Source: an uncultured bacterium (GTDB lineage Bacteria; Verrucomicrobiota; Verrucomicrobiia; Chthoniobacterales; Terrimicrobiaceae). Taken from it: a stretch of DNA of 42,062 nucleotides. Shown here piece after piece: positions 34,819-42,062 of this stretch (position 1 is its first letter; each line of letters starts with the position of its first letter). The notes below the pieces were generated by a model. That model was not told the DNA's origin and made no database searches. It was given only the letters and a program-made list of their open reading frames with translations. The position numbers were made by a program, and so were the translations under genes. The stretch covers positions 1-42,062 of the forward strand of contig CAWUMN010000001.1 in NCBI GenBank assembly GCA_963923595.1. The letters run 5' to 3'.

Positions 34819-36168
34819 ATGTCTCACACCCCAACCCATCTTTGGCCTCAGATTTCCAAGCACATTCGCGAGCGCGTGAGCGCCGACGGGTTTGAGCGCT
34901 GGTTTTCGAATGTTACGATCACTTCGATCCAAGACTCCACATTGCGCTTGGGCGTTCCGAATCCGATCCACCAGTTTTTCATCGAGAGCAACTATCTCCC
35001 GATCGTGCGCGAATCCGTCCTTCTCGTTCTTCCGACCATCGAAAAAGTGGAATTCCAAACCTCCGAGACGGAAGCCATGCCCGCCACGCCCGCTCCCTCG
35101 CGCAAGGCGTCGAAAGAACCCAAGGACAAGGGCGTGAAAATCGCCGTGGCCGGAATGAATCCCCGCAACACCTTCGAGAATTTCGTCGTTGGCCGGAACA
35201 ACGAGTTCGCCCACTCCGCCTCGCTGGCGGTCGGCAATTCCCCCGCCGTCACCTACAACCCCCTCTTTATCTACGGCGTCAGCGGAATCGGAAAAACCCA
35301 CCTCCTTCAGGCCATTGGCCACCATGTCCACGCCAAGAACGCCTCGGCGAAGGTCGTCTACCTCTCGAGCGAGCAGTTCACGAACGAGTTCATCGACGCC
35401 ATCCAACACGGCACTCTGGTGAAGTTCCGCAAAAAATACCGCCAAGCCGATGTGCTGCTCATCGACGACATTCAATTTTTCGCCGGCAAGGAACGCTCGC
35501 AGGAGGAATTCTTCCACACCTTCAACGCGCTCCACGACGGGCACAAACAGATCGTCCTCTCGAGCGATCGTCCGGCGAGCGAGATTGAAAAACTCGAGCA
35601 ACGCCTCGTCTCCCGCTTCGAGTGGGGCATGACCGCCGAGATCCAGCCGCCGGACACCGAAACGCGCATCGCGATCCTCCGCAGCAAGGCCGCTTCGTTG
35701 AATCTCCAGATCGAACCCTGGATTCTCGACTTCCTCGCCGACAAGATCCGCAACAATGTCCGCCGCCTCGAGGGCGCCCTCATGCGGGTCGCTTCCTACA
35801 AATCCCTCAGTGACCGCGAACTCACCCGCGAGGTGATCGAAAACCTCCTGCGCGACATTTTCCAAGAGCAGGCCCGCAAGGCGATTACGATAGACCAAAT
35901 CCAGCGCCGCGTCGCCGAGCATTTCGATGTCCGACTCGCCGACATGACGAGCAAGCGCCGCCCCGCCAACATCGCGTTCCCGCGCCAGATCGCCATGTAT
36001 CTCTCGCGCCAGCACACCAATTCCTCCCTCATGGATATCGGCGATGCGTTCGGCGGAAAGGACCACGGCACCGTGATCCACGCCTGCAAGCTCATCAAAA
36101 AACGGATGGAGGAAGACGAGAAAACCCGTCAGGTCGTCAGCCTCCTCGATACCCAACTCCAGCGCTGA
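34819..36168 (+). CDS. dnaA: chromosomal replication initiator protein DnaA
   Basis: Walker A GVSGIGKTHLLQAIG, Walker B VLLIDDIQF, sensor/box VII LVSRFEWGMTAEIQPPD, and the C-terminal DNA-binding block RQIAMYLSRQHTNSSLMDIGDAFGGKDHGTVIHACKLI. The ATG at 34819 is preferred over GTG at 34804. Confidence 0.95.
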   Translation: MSHTPTHLWPQISKHIRERVSADGFERWFSNVTITSIQDSTLRLGVPNPIHQFFIESNYLPIVRESVLLVLPTIEKVEFQTSETEAMPATPAPSRKASKEPKDKGVKIAVAGMNPRNTFENFVVGRNNEFAHSASLAVGNSPAVTYNPLFIYGVSGIGKTHLLQAIGHHVHAKNASAKVVYLSSEQFTNEFIDAIQHGTLVKFRKKYRQADVLLIDDIQFFAGKERSQEEFFHTFNALHDGHKQIVLSSDRPASEIEKLEQRLVSRFEWGMTAEIQPPDTETRIAILRSKAASLNLQIEPWILDFLADKIRNNVRRLEGALMRVASYKSLSDRELTREVIENLLRDIFQEQARKAITIDQIQRRVAEHFDVRLADMTSKRRPANIAFPRQIAMYLSRQHTNSSLMDIGDAFGGKDHGTVIHACKLIKKRMEEDEKTRQVVSLLDTQLQR

Positions 36169-36252
36169 TGGCGCGGAGCTCCGGCCCCGTAGCGGAACTT
36201 GGAACAAGTTTCGCCCACCAAGACTTCCACCGTAGCTAGGGCAATCAGGGCG

Positions 36253-36792
36253 ATGGATATTGTTTATTTCGATCTCGAGACCCAGCGAACGGCGAACGAT
36301 GTCGGCGGCTGGGATCGCAAGCACGAGATGGGAATGTCACTCGGCGTGACCTACAGCACGCGCGACGGGATTTACGAGATTTTCGGCGAGGATCAGGCCG
36401 AGGGCTTGGTGCGCCGCCTCCAGCGGGCGGACCTGGTCGTGGGCTTCAACCACATCCGCTTCGACTACGATGTGCTGATGGCCTACACGGTGCTCGACCT
36501 CCGTGAAAACCTTGTGTCTTTCGACCTCCTGCTCGAACTCGAAAAAGCCGTTGGCCACCGCCTCAAGCTCGAGGATGTTGCGCAGGCGACCCTTGGCGTC
36601 GGCAAAATCGCGGACGGCCTGGACGCCATCAAATGGTGGCGCGAGGGCAAACTCCTCGAGATCGCGAAATACTGCTGCTTCGATGTGAAGGTCACGCGCC
36701 TCGTCCACGAATACGGAGTGAAAAACAAGGAAGTCCTCTACCGGGACCGCGTCGGCCGCATCCAGAGGATCGCCGTGGATTGGCGCCCATGA
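36253..36792 (+). CDS. RNase H-fold DEDDy-type 3'-5' exonuclease-like protein
   Basis: Exo I FDLET, Exo II GFNHIRFD and Exo III KYCCFD (Y-x3-D), in the right order and spacing. The ATG at 36253 (MDIVYFDLETQ) is preferred. Confidence 0.6.
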   Translation: MDIVYFDLETQRTANDVGGWDRKHEMGMSLGVTYSTRDGIYEIFGEDQAEGLVRRLQRADLVVGFNHIRFDYDVLMAYTVLDLRENLVSFDLLLELEKAVGHRLKLEDVAQATLGVGKIADGLDAIKWWREGKLLEIAKYCCFDVKVTRLVHEYGVKNKEVLYRDRVGRIQRIAVDWRP

Positions 36793-38057
36793 TCCAACCG
36801 CTCAAGGTCCCCAAAAACGCCTGGCACCTCTACTGGCTCGACCTCGAGGAACCGGTTCCCAAGGGCAAGGACTGGTTCCTGCCCACGCTCGTCGTGGTGT
36901 TCGACCGCCACGGCGCGCCCGTCGCCCCGCCTGAGATCATGGAGGAACTCGACCAAGGCCGCGTCGAGAATATGCTCTACCGGATTTTTGAAAAAACCCC
37001 GCCGCCCGACCAATTGCTCGTTCCGCAGGACGAGGAATGGGACGACGAGTCGTGGAAGGCCCTGTCCACCGATTGCAAAATCGAAATCCGCTTCCAGCCC
37101 CCCGAGCGCAGCGCGCCGGAGGAATTGAAAGCCATGACCCATGCCTTCGTGATGCACATCGGCCGGGCAGACAAAGCCGGCCCGAGTCCCGCCGAGATCG
37201 CTCACGGCCTCGTGCGCACCGGACTTCGCCTCCGGTCCCTCCGCAAGCGCCTCCAACTCTTCCGCGCCGCCCTCGCCCGCGACCCCGAATGCAATCCCGC
37301 GCGAATCGAAATCGCCGACAGCGAATTCGGAGCAGGCAATTGGAAATCCTGCGGCGAAGTCTACGAGGAGGTCATCCGCCGCGGGGAGTATCTGCGCAAC
37401 GATCCCTCGACCATTTGGTGGAAAGACCCCGAGACCCGCCCCTACCTGCGCGCGATCTACGGCAAGGCCATGACCGCCTGGCATCTCTCGCGCTTCGACG
37501 AGGCGGCGGCGGATTTGTCGAATCTCCTGAAATGCAACCCCACTGACAACCAAGGTGCGCGCTTCCTCGTCCCCATGCTCCATCTCCTCGCCGAAAAGCC
37601 GGAGAAGGCCGCGCGGTATTTCAAGAGCTACGAAAAAACCTACCCGAACGATTTCAAGGAACCCTCGTTTCTCTTCGGCTGGGCGCTGAGCTGTTCGCTC
37701 GACGGCCACGAACGCTCGGCCCGCGCCAAATACACCGAAGGCATCCTGCGGAACATCTACATCGCCCCGATGCTCCTCGAGGTGGAAGAACCTCCCCGCT
37801 CGATCTGGCTGCCCACCGACCGCGCCGAGCCGAGCTACGCCTCGGATTTTGTGCAAAGCTACGCCCTCCTCTGGGACCGCGAGCCCGGCGCGCTGCGAAT
37901 CCTCCGCGAGGTCTGGCAGGAAATCCAACCCCGCGTCCGCGACCTCGTTCGCCTGCGCGAGAAAATGCAGGATTTCCAAGACCAGCACTACGATCCCGAC
38001 TTCAAGACGAAGTGGCAGGACCTCGTCGCCGAGGAGGAAAAACTCGCCACGCCTTGA
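36789..38057 (+). CDS. conserved hypothetical protein with a C-terminal TPR-like region
   Basis: Its ATG overlaps the upstream stop (ATGA). TPR-like block AIYGKAMTAWHLSRFDEAAADLSNLLKCNPTDNQGARFLVPMLHLLAEKPEKAARYF. No catalytic motif recognised. Confidence 0.6.
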   Translation: MIQPLKVPKNAWHLYWLDLEEPVPKGKDWFLPTLVVVFDRHGAPVAPPEIMEELDQGRVENMLYRIFEKTPPPDQLLVPQDEEWDDESWKALSTDCKIEIRFQPPERSAPEELKAMTHAFVMHIGRADKAGPSPAEIAHGLVRTGLRLRSLRKRLQLFRAALARDPECNPARIEIADSEFGAGNWKSCGEVYEEVIRRGEYLRNDPSTIWWKDPETRPYLRAIYGKAMTAWHLSRFDEAAADLSNLLKCNPTDNQGARFLVPMLHLLAEKPEKAARYFKSYEKTYPNDFKEPSFLFGWALSCSLDGHERSARAKYTEGILRNIYIAPMLLEVEEPPRSIWLPTDRAEPSYASDFVQSYALLWDREPGALRILREVWQEIQPRVRDLVRLREKMQDFQDQHYDPDFKTKWQDLVAEEEKLATP

Positions 38058-39061
38058 GCCGCGCCACCGCACACCTTCTCGCGTTGCAGGAGGAATCGGG
38101 CGGCACCCTCCCCTTCGAGCGCTTCATGCGCGAGGCACTCACCCATCCCGAATTCGGCTACTACACCGCCCGCATCCGCGATGTCGGAGCTCGCGGTGAC
38201 TTCTCCACTTTCGCCACGCTGGGAAATTCCCTCGCCCAATTCCTCGCCCGCTGGATTGTCGAAAACCAAGCCCGAAATGTGATCGAGGTCGGCCCCGGCA
38301 ACGGCCAACTTGCCGCCAAAATCCTCCGAGAACTCGGCTGGTGGCGGCGATGCTCGGTGCGCTACCACCTCGTCGATGTCGATGGACCGCTCCGCGCCGC
38401 CCAAGACCAACGCCTCCGGGGATTTCGTGTCCAACACCACCCCGACCTCGCCTCCGCCCTCCAAGCCACCGGCGGAACCGCCTGCATTTTCTCCAACGAA
38501 CTTCCCGACGCCTTTCCCTGCCGTGTCTTTGAACTGACGGCGGAAGGTTGGCTGGAACTCCACCTGCGCCTCGGTCCCGACGGAATTCGTGGTGTTCTCC
38601 TCCCAACGAAATTGCCCGAGTCCAGCGCCTTCAGCGGAGAATTTCGCCCCGGCCAGCGCGTGGAAATCCACGAGAGCTACCACCACTGGCTTCGTAGTTG
38701 GGCCTCTCACTGGACCTCTGGCGCGATGCTCACCATCGACTACGGCGACCCGATGCCTGCCCTCTACCACCGCCGCCCCGCCGGCACCCTTCGTGGCTAC
38801 GCCCAGCACCAACGCCTCACTGGCCACGAAATCTACCAAGCCCCCGGCCGACTCGACCTCACCGCCGATGTGAATTTTTCCGACCTCGAGAAATGGGGCG
38901 AGGATTTGGGTTGGAAAACCACCCGCCACACCACGCTCGCCGAGGTTTTGCACGCCTCCACCGACCCCCGATTCCTCGAAGCCGCGAAAGCCTTCCGCGT
39001 TCTGGAACAACGCCCTTCAGCCGCTTTTGGATTGCCCGCCACGGGAAAAATCACAGGATGA
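38054..39061 (+). CDS. class I SAM-dependent methyltransferase, MidA/NDUFAF7 (DUF185) family
   Basis: PFERFMREALTHPEFGYYT, GDFSTFATLGNSLAQFLARW, EVGPGNGQLA and FSNELPDAFP blocks. The TTG at 38054 overlaps the upstream stop (TTGA); the alternative GTG at 38012 would overlap by 46 nt. Confidence 0.75.
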   Translation: MSRATAHLLALQEESGGTLPFERFMREALTHPEFGYYTARIRDVGARGDFSTFATLGNSLAQFLARWIVENQARNVIEVGPGNGQLAAKILRELGWWRRCSVRYHLVDVDGPLRAAQDQRLRGFRVQHHPDLASALQATGGTACIFSNELPDAFPCRVFELTAEGWLELHLRLGPDGIRGVLLPTKLPESSAFSGEFRPGQRVEIHESYHHWLRSWASHWTSGAMLTIDYGDPMPALYHRRPAGTLRGYAQHQRLTGHEIYQAPGRLDLTADVNFSDLEKWGEDLGWKTTRHTTLAEVLHASTDPRFLEAAKAFRVLEQRPSAAFGLPATGKITG

Positions 39062-39070
39062 ATCCCGCAC

Positions 39071-39715
39071 ATGCTTCGACCCCTGCTAGCCGCCGTTTTG
39101 TTTTCCACCTCCATCGCGTGGGCACAATTCTCGACGCCGGATGCCGAGGAGGCGAAGAACATGGCGGTCGAGAAGGTTCTCGCCGACTACGGAGCGCAGA
39201 AATACGACGAGGCGCTGGAGCGTTTGATGGACTTGAAGGACCGCCACCCGAGCGACCCGCTCATCCTGAACCTCATGGGCTCGGTCTACATCAAGAAGCT
39301 CAATTACCAAAAAGCCGAGAAGGCCTTTCGCCAGGCCCTCGACCTCGAGCCGGGCTATTTCCCCGCCGCCTACAACCTTGGCGAACTTCTCTTCCTCCAG
39401 CAAAAATACGCGCTCGCCCGCCAGTATTACGAAACCATGCGGGCCACCGACCACCGCCATGAACTCCTTCAATTCAAGGTCGCCCTCTGCGACATCATGG
39501 CCGGAGAAACCGAGCGCGCCACGAAGTTGATGAAAACCATCAAATACCCCGGCGACTCGCCCGCGTGGTATTACGCCCACGCCGCCCTCGAGCACAAACA
39601 AGGCAACACGGCCAAGGCCCGCGAATACATCCGCGGCGCGAAGTTTGTCTACGGCCCCGAAAAAACCGCCCTCTTCGACGAAACCTTCCAAGTCATCGGC
39701 ATTCAGACCGATTGA
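39071..39715 (+). CDS. secreted tetratricopeptide-repeat protein
   Basis: Signal peptide MLRPLLAAVLFSTSIAWAQ. TPR repeats (LMGSVYIKKLNYQKAEKAFRQALDLEPGYFPAAYNLGELLFLQQKYALARQYYE). Confidence 0.75.
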   Translation: MLRPLLAAVLFSTSIAWAQFSTPDAEEAKNMAVEKVLADYGAQKYDEALERLMDLKDRHPSDPLILNLMGSVYIKKLNYQKAEKAFRQALDLEPGYFPAAYNLGELLFLQQKYALARQYYETMRATDHRHELLQFKVALCDIMAGETERATKLMKTIKYPGDSPAWYYAHAALEHKQGNTAKAREYIRGAKFVYGPEKTALFDETFQVIGIQTD

Positions 39716-39733
39716 TCCGCTCTCCACTTTTTT

Positions 39734-40828
39734 ATGGCCGAAAACAACCCATCCTTCAAAGCCCCCATCCGCCCTGCGCGCCCCGTCCGCCCACGCAATC
39801 ACGGTGAAAAAAAACTGAACCCGACCGATGCCCTGCTTCACTCGAAGGCGCGCGTGCTCGTCACCGGCGCCGGAGGTTTCATCGGCAGCGCCCTCGTCCA
39901 CGCCCTCAACCAGCGCGGCATCGATCAAATCATCGTCACCGATTGCCTCGGCGAGGATGAGAAGTGGCGCAACCTCCTCCCCCTCGCCTTCGAGGATTAT
40001 GTGCCCGCTCAGGAATTCCTCGACGGCATCGAGTCAGACCCCGACACCTTCGGCCGCTTCGCCGCCGTGTTCCACCTCGGCGCCTGCTCCTCCACGACCG
40101 TCACGGATGCCGATTTCGTCCTGCGCAACAACTTCGCCTACACGAAAGCCCTCTGCCGTTGGTCGCTCTTCTCCGGCGCGCGGTTCGTCTACGCCTCGTC
40201 CGCCGCGACCTACGGCGACGGTTCCGCCGGCATGGACGACAAATCCCCCGACCTCTCGCGCTTCCGACCGCTGAACCTCTACGGCTACTCGAAGCACCTC
40301 TTCGACCTCTACGCGATGCGCGAGGGCATTCTCGACGACATCGTTGGCATCAAATACTTCAATGTTTTCGGCCCGAATGAATATCACAAAGGCGACATGC
40401 GAAGCCTTGTTTGCAAGGCCTTCGACGAGATTCAAAACACCGGCCGCATCCGTCTTTTCAAAAGCTACAAACCGGAATACCCGGATGGCGGCCAGATGCG
40501 CGACTTCGTGTATGTGAAGGACGCTGTGGAAATGACCCTCCACCTCGCCGAATGCGAAACCGCCGGCGGCCTCTACAACATCGGCTCCGGCACCGCCCGC
40601 ACCTGGATCGACCTCGCCAACTCCCTCTTCGCCGCCCTCGGCAAAAAGCCCGAGATCGAGTTTTTCGACATGCCCGAAAGCATCCGGCACCAATATCAAT
40701 ATTACACCTGCGCCGACATCTCGAAGCTGCGCTCGACCGGTTACGAAAAACCCACCACCACCCTCGAGGACTCCGTCGCCGACTATGCCGTCAACTACCT
40801 CCTGCCGCGAAAACGCCTTGGAGAGTAG
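39734..40828 (+). CDS. hldD: ADP-L-glycero-D-manno-heptose 6-epimerase
   Basis: VLVTGAGGFIGS, FHLGACSSTT, YASSAATYGDG, PLNLYGYSKHLFD, YFNVFGPNEYHKG and RDFVYVKD align block for block with E. coli HldD/RfaD. It carries an N-terminal extension of about 38 aa if the ATG at 39734 is used. Confidence 0.9.
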   Translation: MAENNPSFKAPIRPARPVRPRNHGEKKLNPTDALLHSKARVLVTGAGGFIGSALVHALNQRGIDQIIVTDCLGEDEKWRNLLPLAFEDYVPAQEFLDGIESDPDTFGRFAAVFHLGACSSTTVTDADFVLRNNFAYTKALCRWSLFSGARFVYASSAATYGDGSAGMDDKSPDLSRFRPLNLYGYSKHLFDLYAMREGILDDIVGIKYFNVFGPNEYHKGDMRSLVCKAFDEIQNTGRIRLFKSYKPEYPDGGQMRDFVYVKDAVEMTLHLAECETAGGLYNIGSGTARTWIDLANSLFAALGKKPEIEFFDMPESIRHQYQYYTCADISKLRSTGYEKPTTTLEDSVADYAVNYLLPRKRLGE

Positions 40829-41156
40829 CCCTGCGCCAAATCCTCCCCGCTACGCCTGCCAGCGCTGCACGAATTGCTGCCGCTGGCCGGGCTTCGTCAA
40901 ACTCACCGACTCCGATATCACCGCGATCTCCGGATTTCTCGGTCTCTCGGAGCGCGACTTCATCCAGCAATTCACCCGCCTCCGGCCGAGGCGCGACGGC
41001 CTCGCGCTCATCGACCAACCCGACGGCGCCTGCATTTTCCTCGAAGGTCGCGACTGCCGCGTCCAGCCCGTGAAGCCCATCCAGTGCTCGGGATTTCCAA
41101 ACACCTGGAACTTCCCCGGCTGGCGCGAGGTCTGCGAAGCGATCGAGGTTTCATAG
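40785..41156 (+). CDS. YkgJ-family (CxxCxxCC) cysteine-cluster protein
   Basis: YACQRCTNCCRWPG ... DGACIFLEGRDCRVQPVKPIQCSGFP. Start uncertain: ATG 40785 overlaps hldD by 44 nt, TTG 40818 by 11 nt. Confidence 0.7.
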   Translation: MPSTTSCRENALESSPAPNPPRYACQRCTNCCRWPGFVKLTDSDITAISGFLGLSERDFIQQFTRLRPRRDGLALIDQPDGACIFLEGRDCRVQPVKPIQCSGFPNTWNFPGWREVCEAIEVS

Positions 41157-41169
41157 TCGATCCATTGCC

Positions 41170-42062
41170 TCAGTGCTTCGTTCCAAGTCGCGAGGAGTGG
41201 ATCCACGCAAAGAGGACCGGCGTGACGATGAGGATGTGGAGGAGGCTGGAAATCATGCCGCCGATGACTGGAGCCGCCAGCGGTTTCATCACTTCCGCAC
41301 CGGTCTGCGTGCTCCACATCACAGGCAGGAGGCTGGCGACAACGGTTGTAACGGTCATGACTTTTGGCCTCAGACGCAGGAACGCGCCTTCCTTCACAGC
41401 CTCGACGAGATCCTTGCGGGTGAATGCGGTGCCTCGCTGGGCGCGTTTTTTTTCCAACGCATCACCGAGGTAGGTGACCATCACGATTCCTGTCTGGATG
41501 GCGGTTCCGAAGAGGGCGATGTAGCCGACCCAAACGGCAACACTGAAATGATAGCCGAGAATCCATTGAAGAAATACACCCCCCGTCAGGGCGAATGGAA
41601 CCGCAAGCAGCACATGGGCGGCCTCCGCAAACGAGTGGAATGTGGCGTAAAGGAGAATGAAAATGATGGCCAGAACGACGGGGACAATGTTCTCGAGAGT
41701 CCTTGCCGCCCTCATCTGGTGCTCGAATTGGCCGCTGTATTCTATCGTCACCCCAGTCGGCAGTTTGAGTTCCTTGCGAATGCGCTCGCGGATTTCCTTC
41801 ACAAATCCCCCGGCGTCGCGTCCGCTCACATTCGCTTGGACAAAGAGGCGTAGGCGTCCGTTTTCACTGGAGATTTCACTCGGGCCGATCGTGCGTTTGA
41901 TTTCGGCTAAATGCCCCAGTGGCACGGAGAGGCCGGTTTTCACCGTAAGCGGCAATTCACCAAGTCGCTCGATGTCGTTGCGATCCGAGGATTGGAAGCG
42001 GAGTTGGAGGGGAATCCGTTCGCGGTCGTGAATAGTGGTTCCCAGATTGATCCCCCCGATGC
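41170..42062 (-). CDS. efflux RND transporter permease, CusA/CzcA-like (C-terminal part; gene continues beyond the window)
   Basis: C-terminal TM bundle: LLAVPFALTGGVFLQWILGYHFSVAVWVGYIALFGTAIQTGIVMVTY and RLRPKVMTVTTVVASLLPVMWSTQTGAEVMKPLAAPVIGGMISSLLHILIVTPVLF. The frame stays open to position 42062. Confidence 0.8.
   Translation of the reverse strand, partial: IGGINLGTTIHDRERIPLQLRFQSSDRNDIERLGELPLTVKTGLSVPLGHLAEIKRTIGPSEISSENGRLRLFVQANVSGRDAGGFVKEIRERIRKELKLPTGVTIEYSGQFEHQMRAARTLENIVPVVLAIIFILLYATFHSFAEAAHVLLAVPFALTGGVFLQWILGYHFSVAVWVGYIALFGTAIQTGIVMVTYLGDALEKKRAQRGTAFTRKDLVEAVKEGAFLRLRPKVMTVTTVVASLLPVMWSTQTGAEVMKPLAAPVIGGMISSLLHILIVTPVLFAWIHSSRLGTKH

Overview
The window is 42 kb of GC-rich sequence (roughly 60% by eye) and about 95% coding. 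It looks like core chromosome from a flagellated diderm bacterium. The kinase-FGE fusion, gene content and weak Shine-Dalgarno usage suggest the PVC group (Verrucomicrobiota-like), but that is only a guess.

Gene order falls into two co-directional blocks.

- **Minus strand, 217-28822 (28 of 29 genes; ndk is the exception):** pdxA, (ndk on plus), a hexapeptide transferase, cysS, a late-flagellar/rod-ring cluster (csrA-fliW-flgL-flgK-flgN-like-rod-binding-flgI-flgH-flgA-flgG-flgF), an orphan AbrB-type antitoxin remnant, two Opp/Dpp permeases, ispD, an MTH1-like NUDIX, nuoN-M-L-K-J-I, coaD, glmS, a DUF2334-like protein, an OprB-type porin and comM.
- **Plus strand, 28901-41156 (12 genes plus one tRNA):** two small-molecule methyltransferases, a three-gene envelope operon built around a pseudo-receiver/pseudokinase/FGE-sulfatase fusion, tRNA-Leu(UAG), a 456-nt non-coding region with DnaA boxes (candidate oriC), dnaA, a coupled DEDDy-exonuclease-like/TPR/MidA-methyltransferase/TPR operon, hldD and a YkgJ-type Cys-cluster protein.
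- **Right edge:** the 3' part of a CusA/CzcA-type RND pump on the minus strand.

I found no CRISPR array, IS element, integrase, phage gene or recognisable defence system, and I cannot point to a convincing novel system. The parts that most deserve a second look are:

- the candidate origin, and the unusual gene set that replaces dnaN-recF-gyrB after dnaA;
- the apparently catalytically dead receiver-kinase fused to an intact FGE domain, and its operon;
- a 53-nt repeat present twice, 12.2 kb apart, one copy replacing the 3' end of the antitoxin gene;
- a triple heptamer plus a sigma54-like element upstream of flgF;
- a CsrA with a roughly 45-aa C-terminal tail.

All functional calls come from reading motifs in the supplied translations. 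No database search was run.
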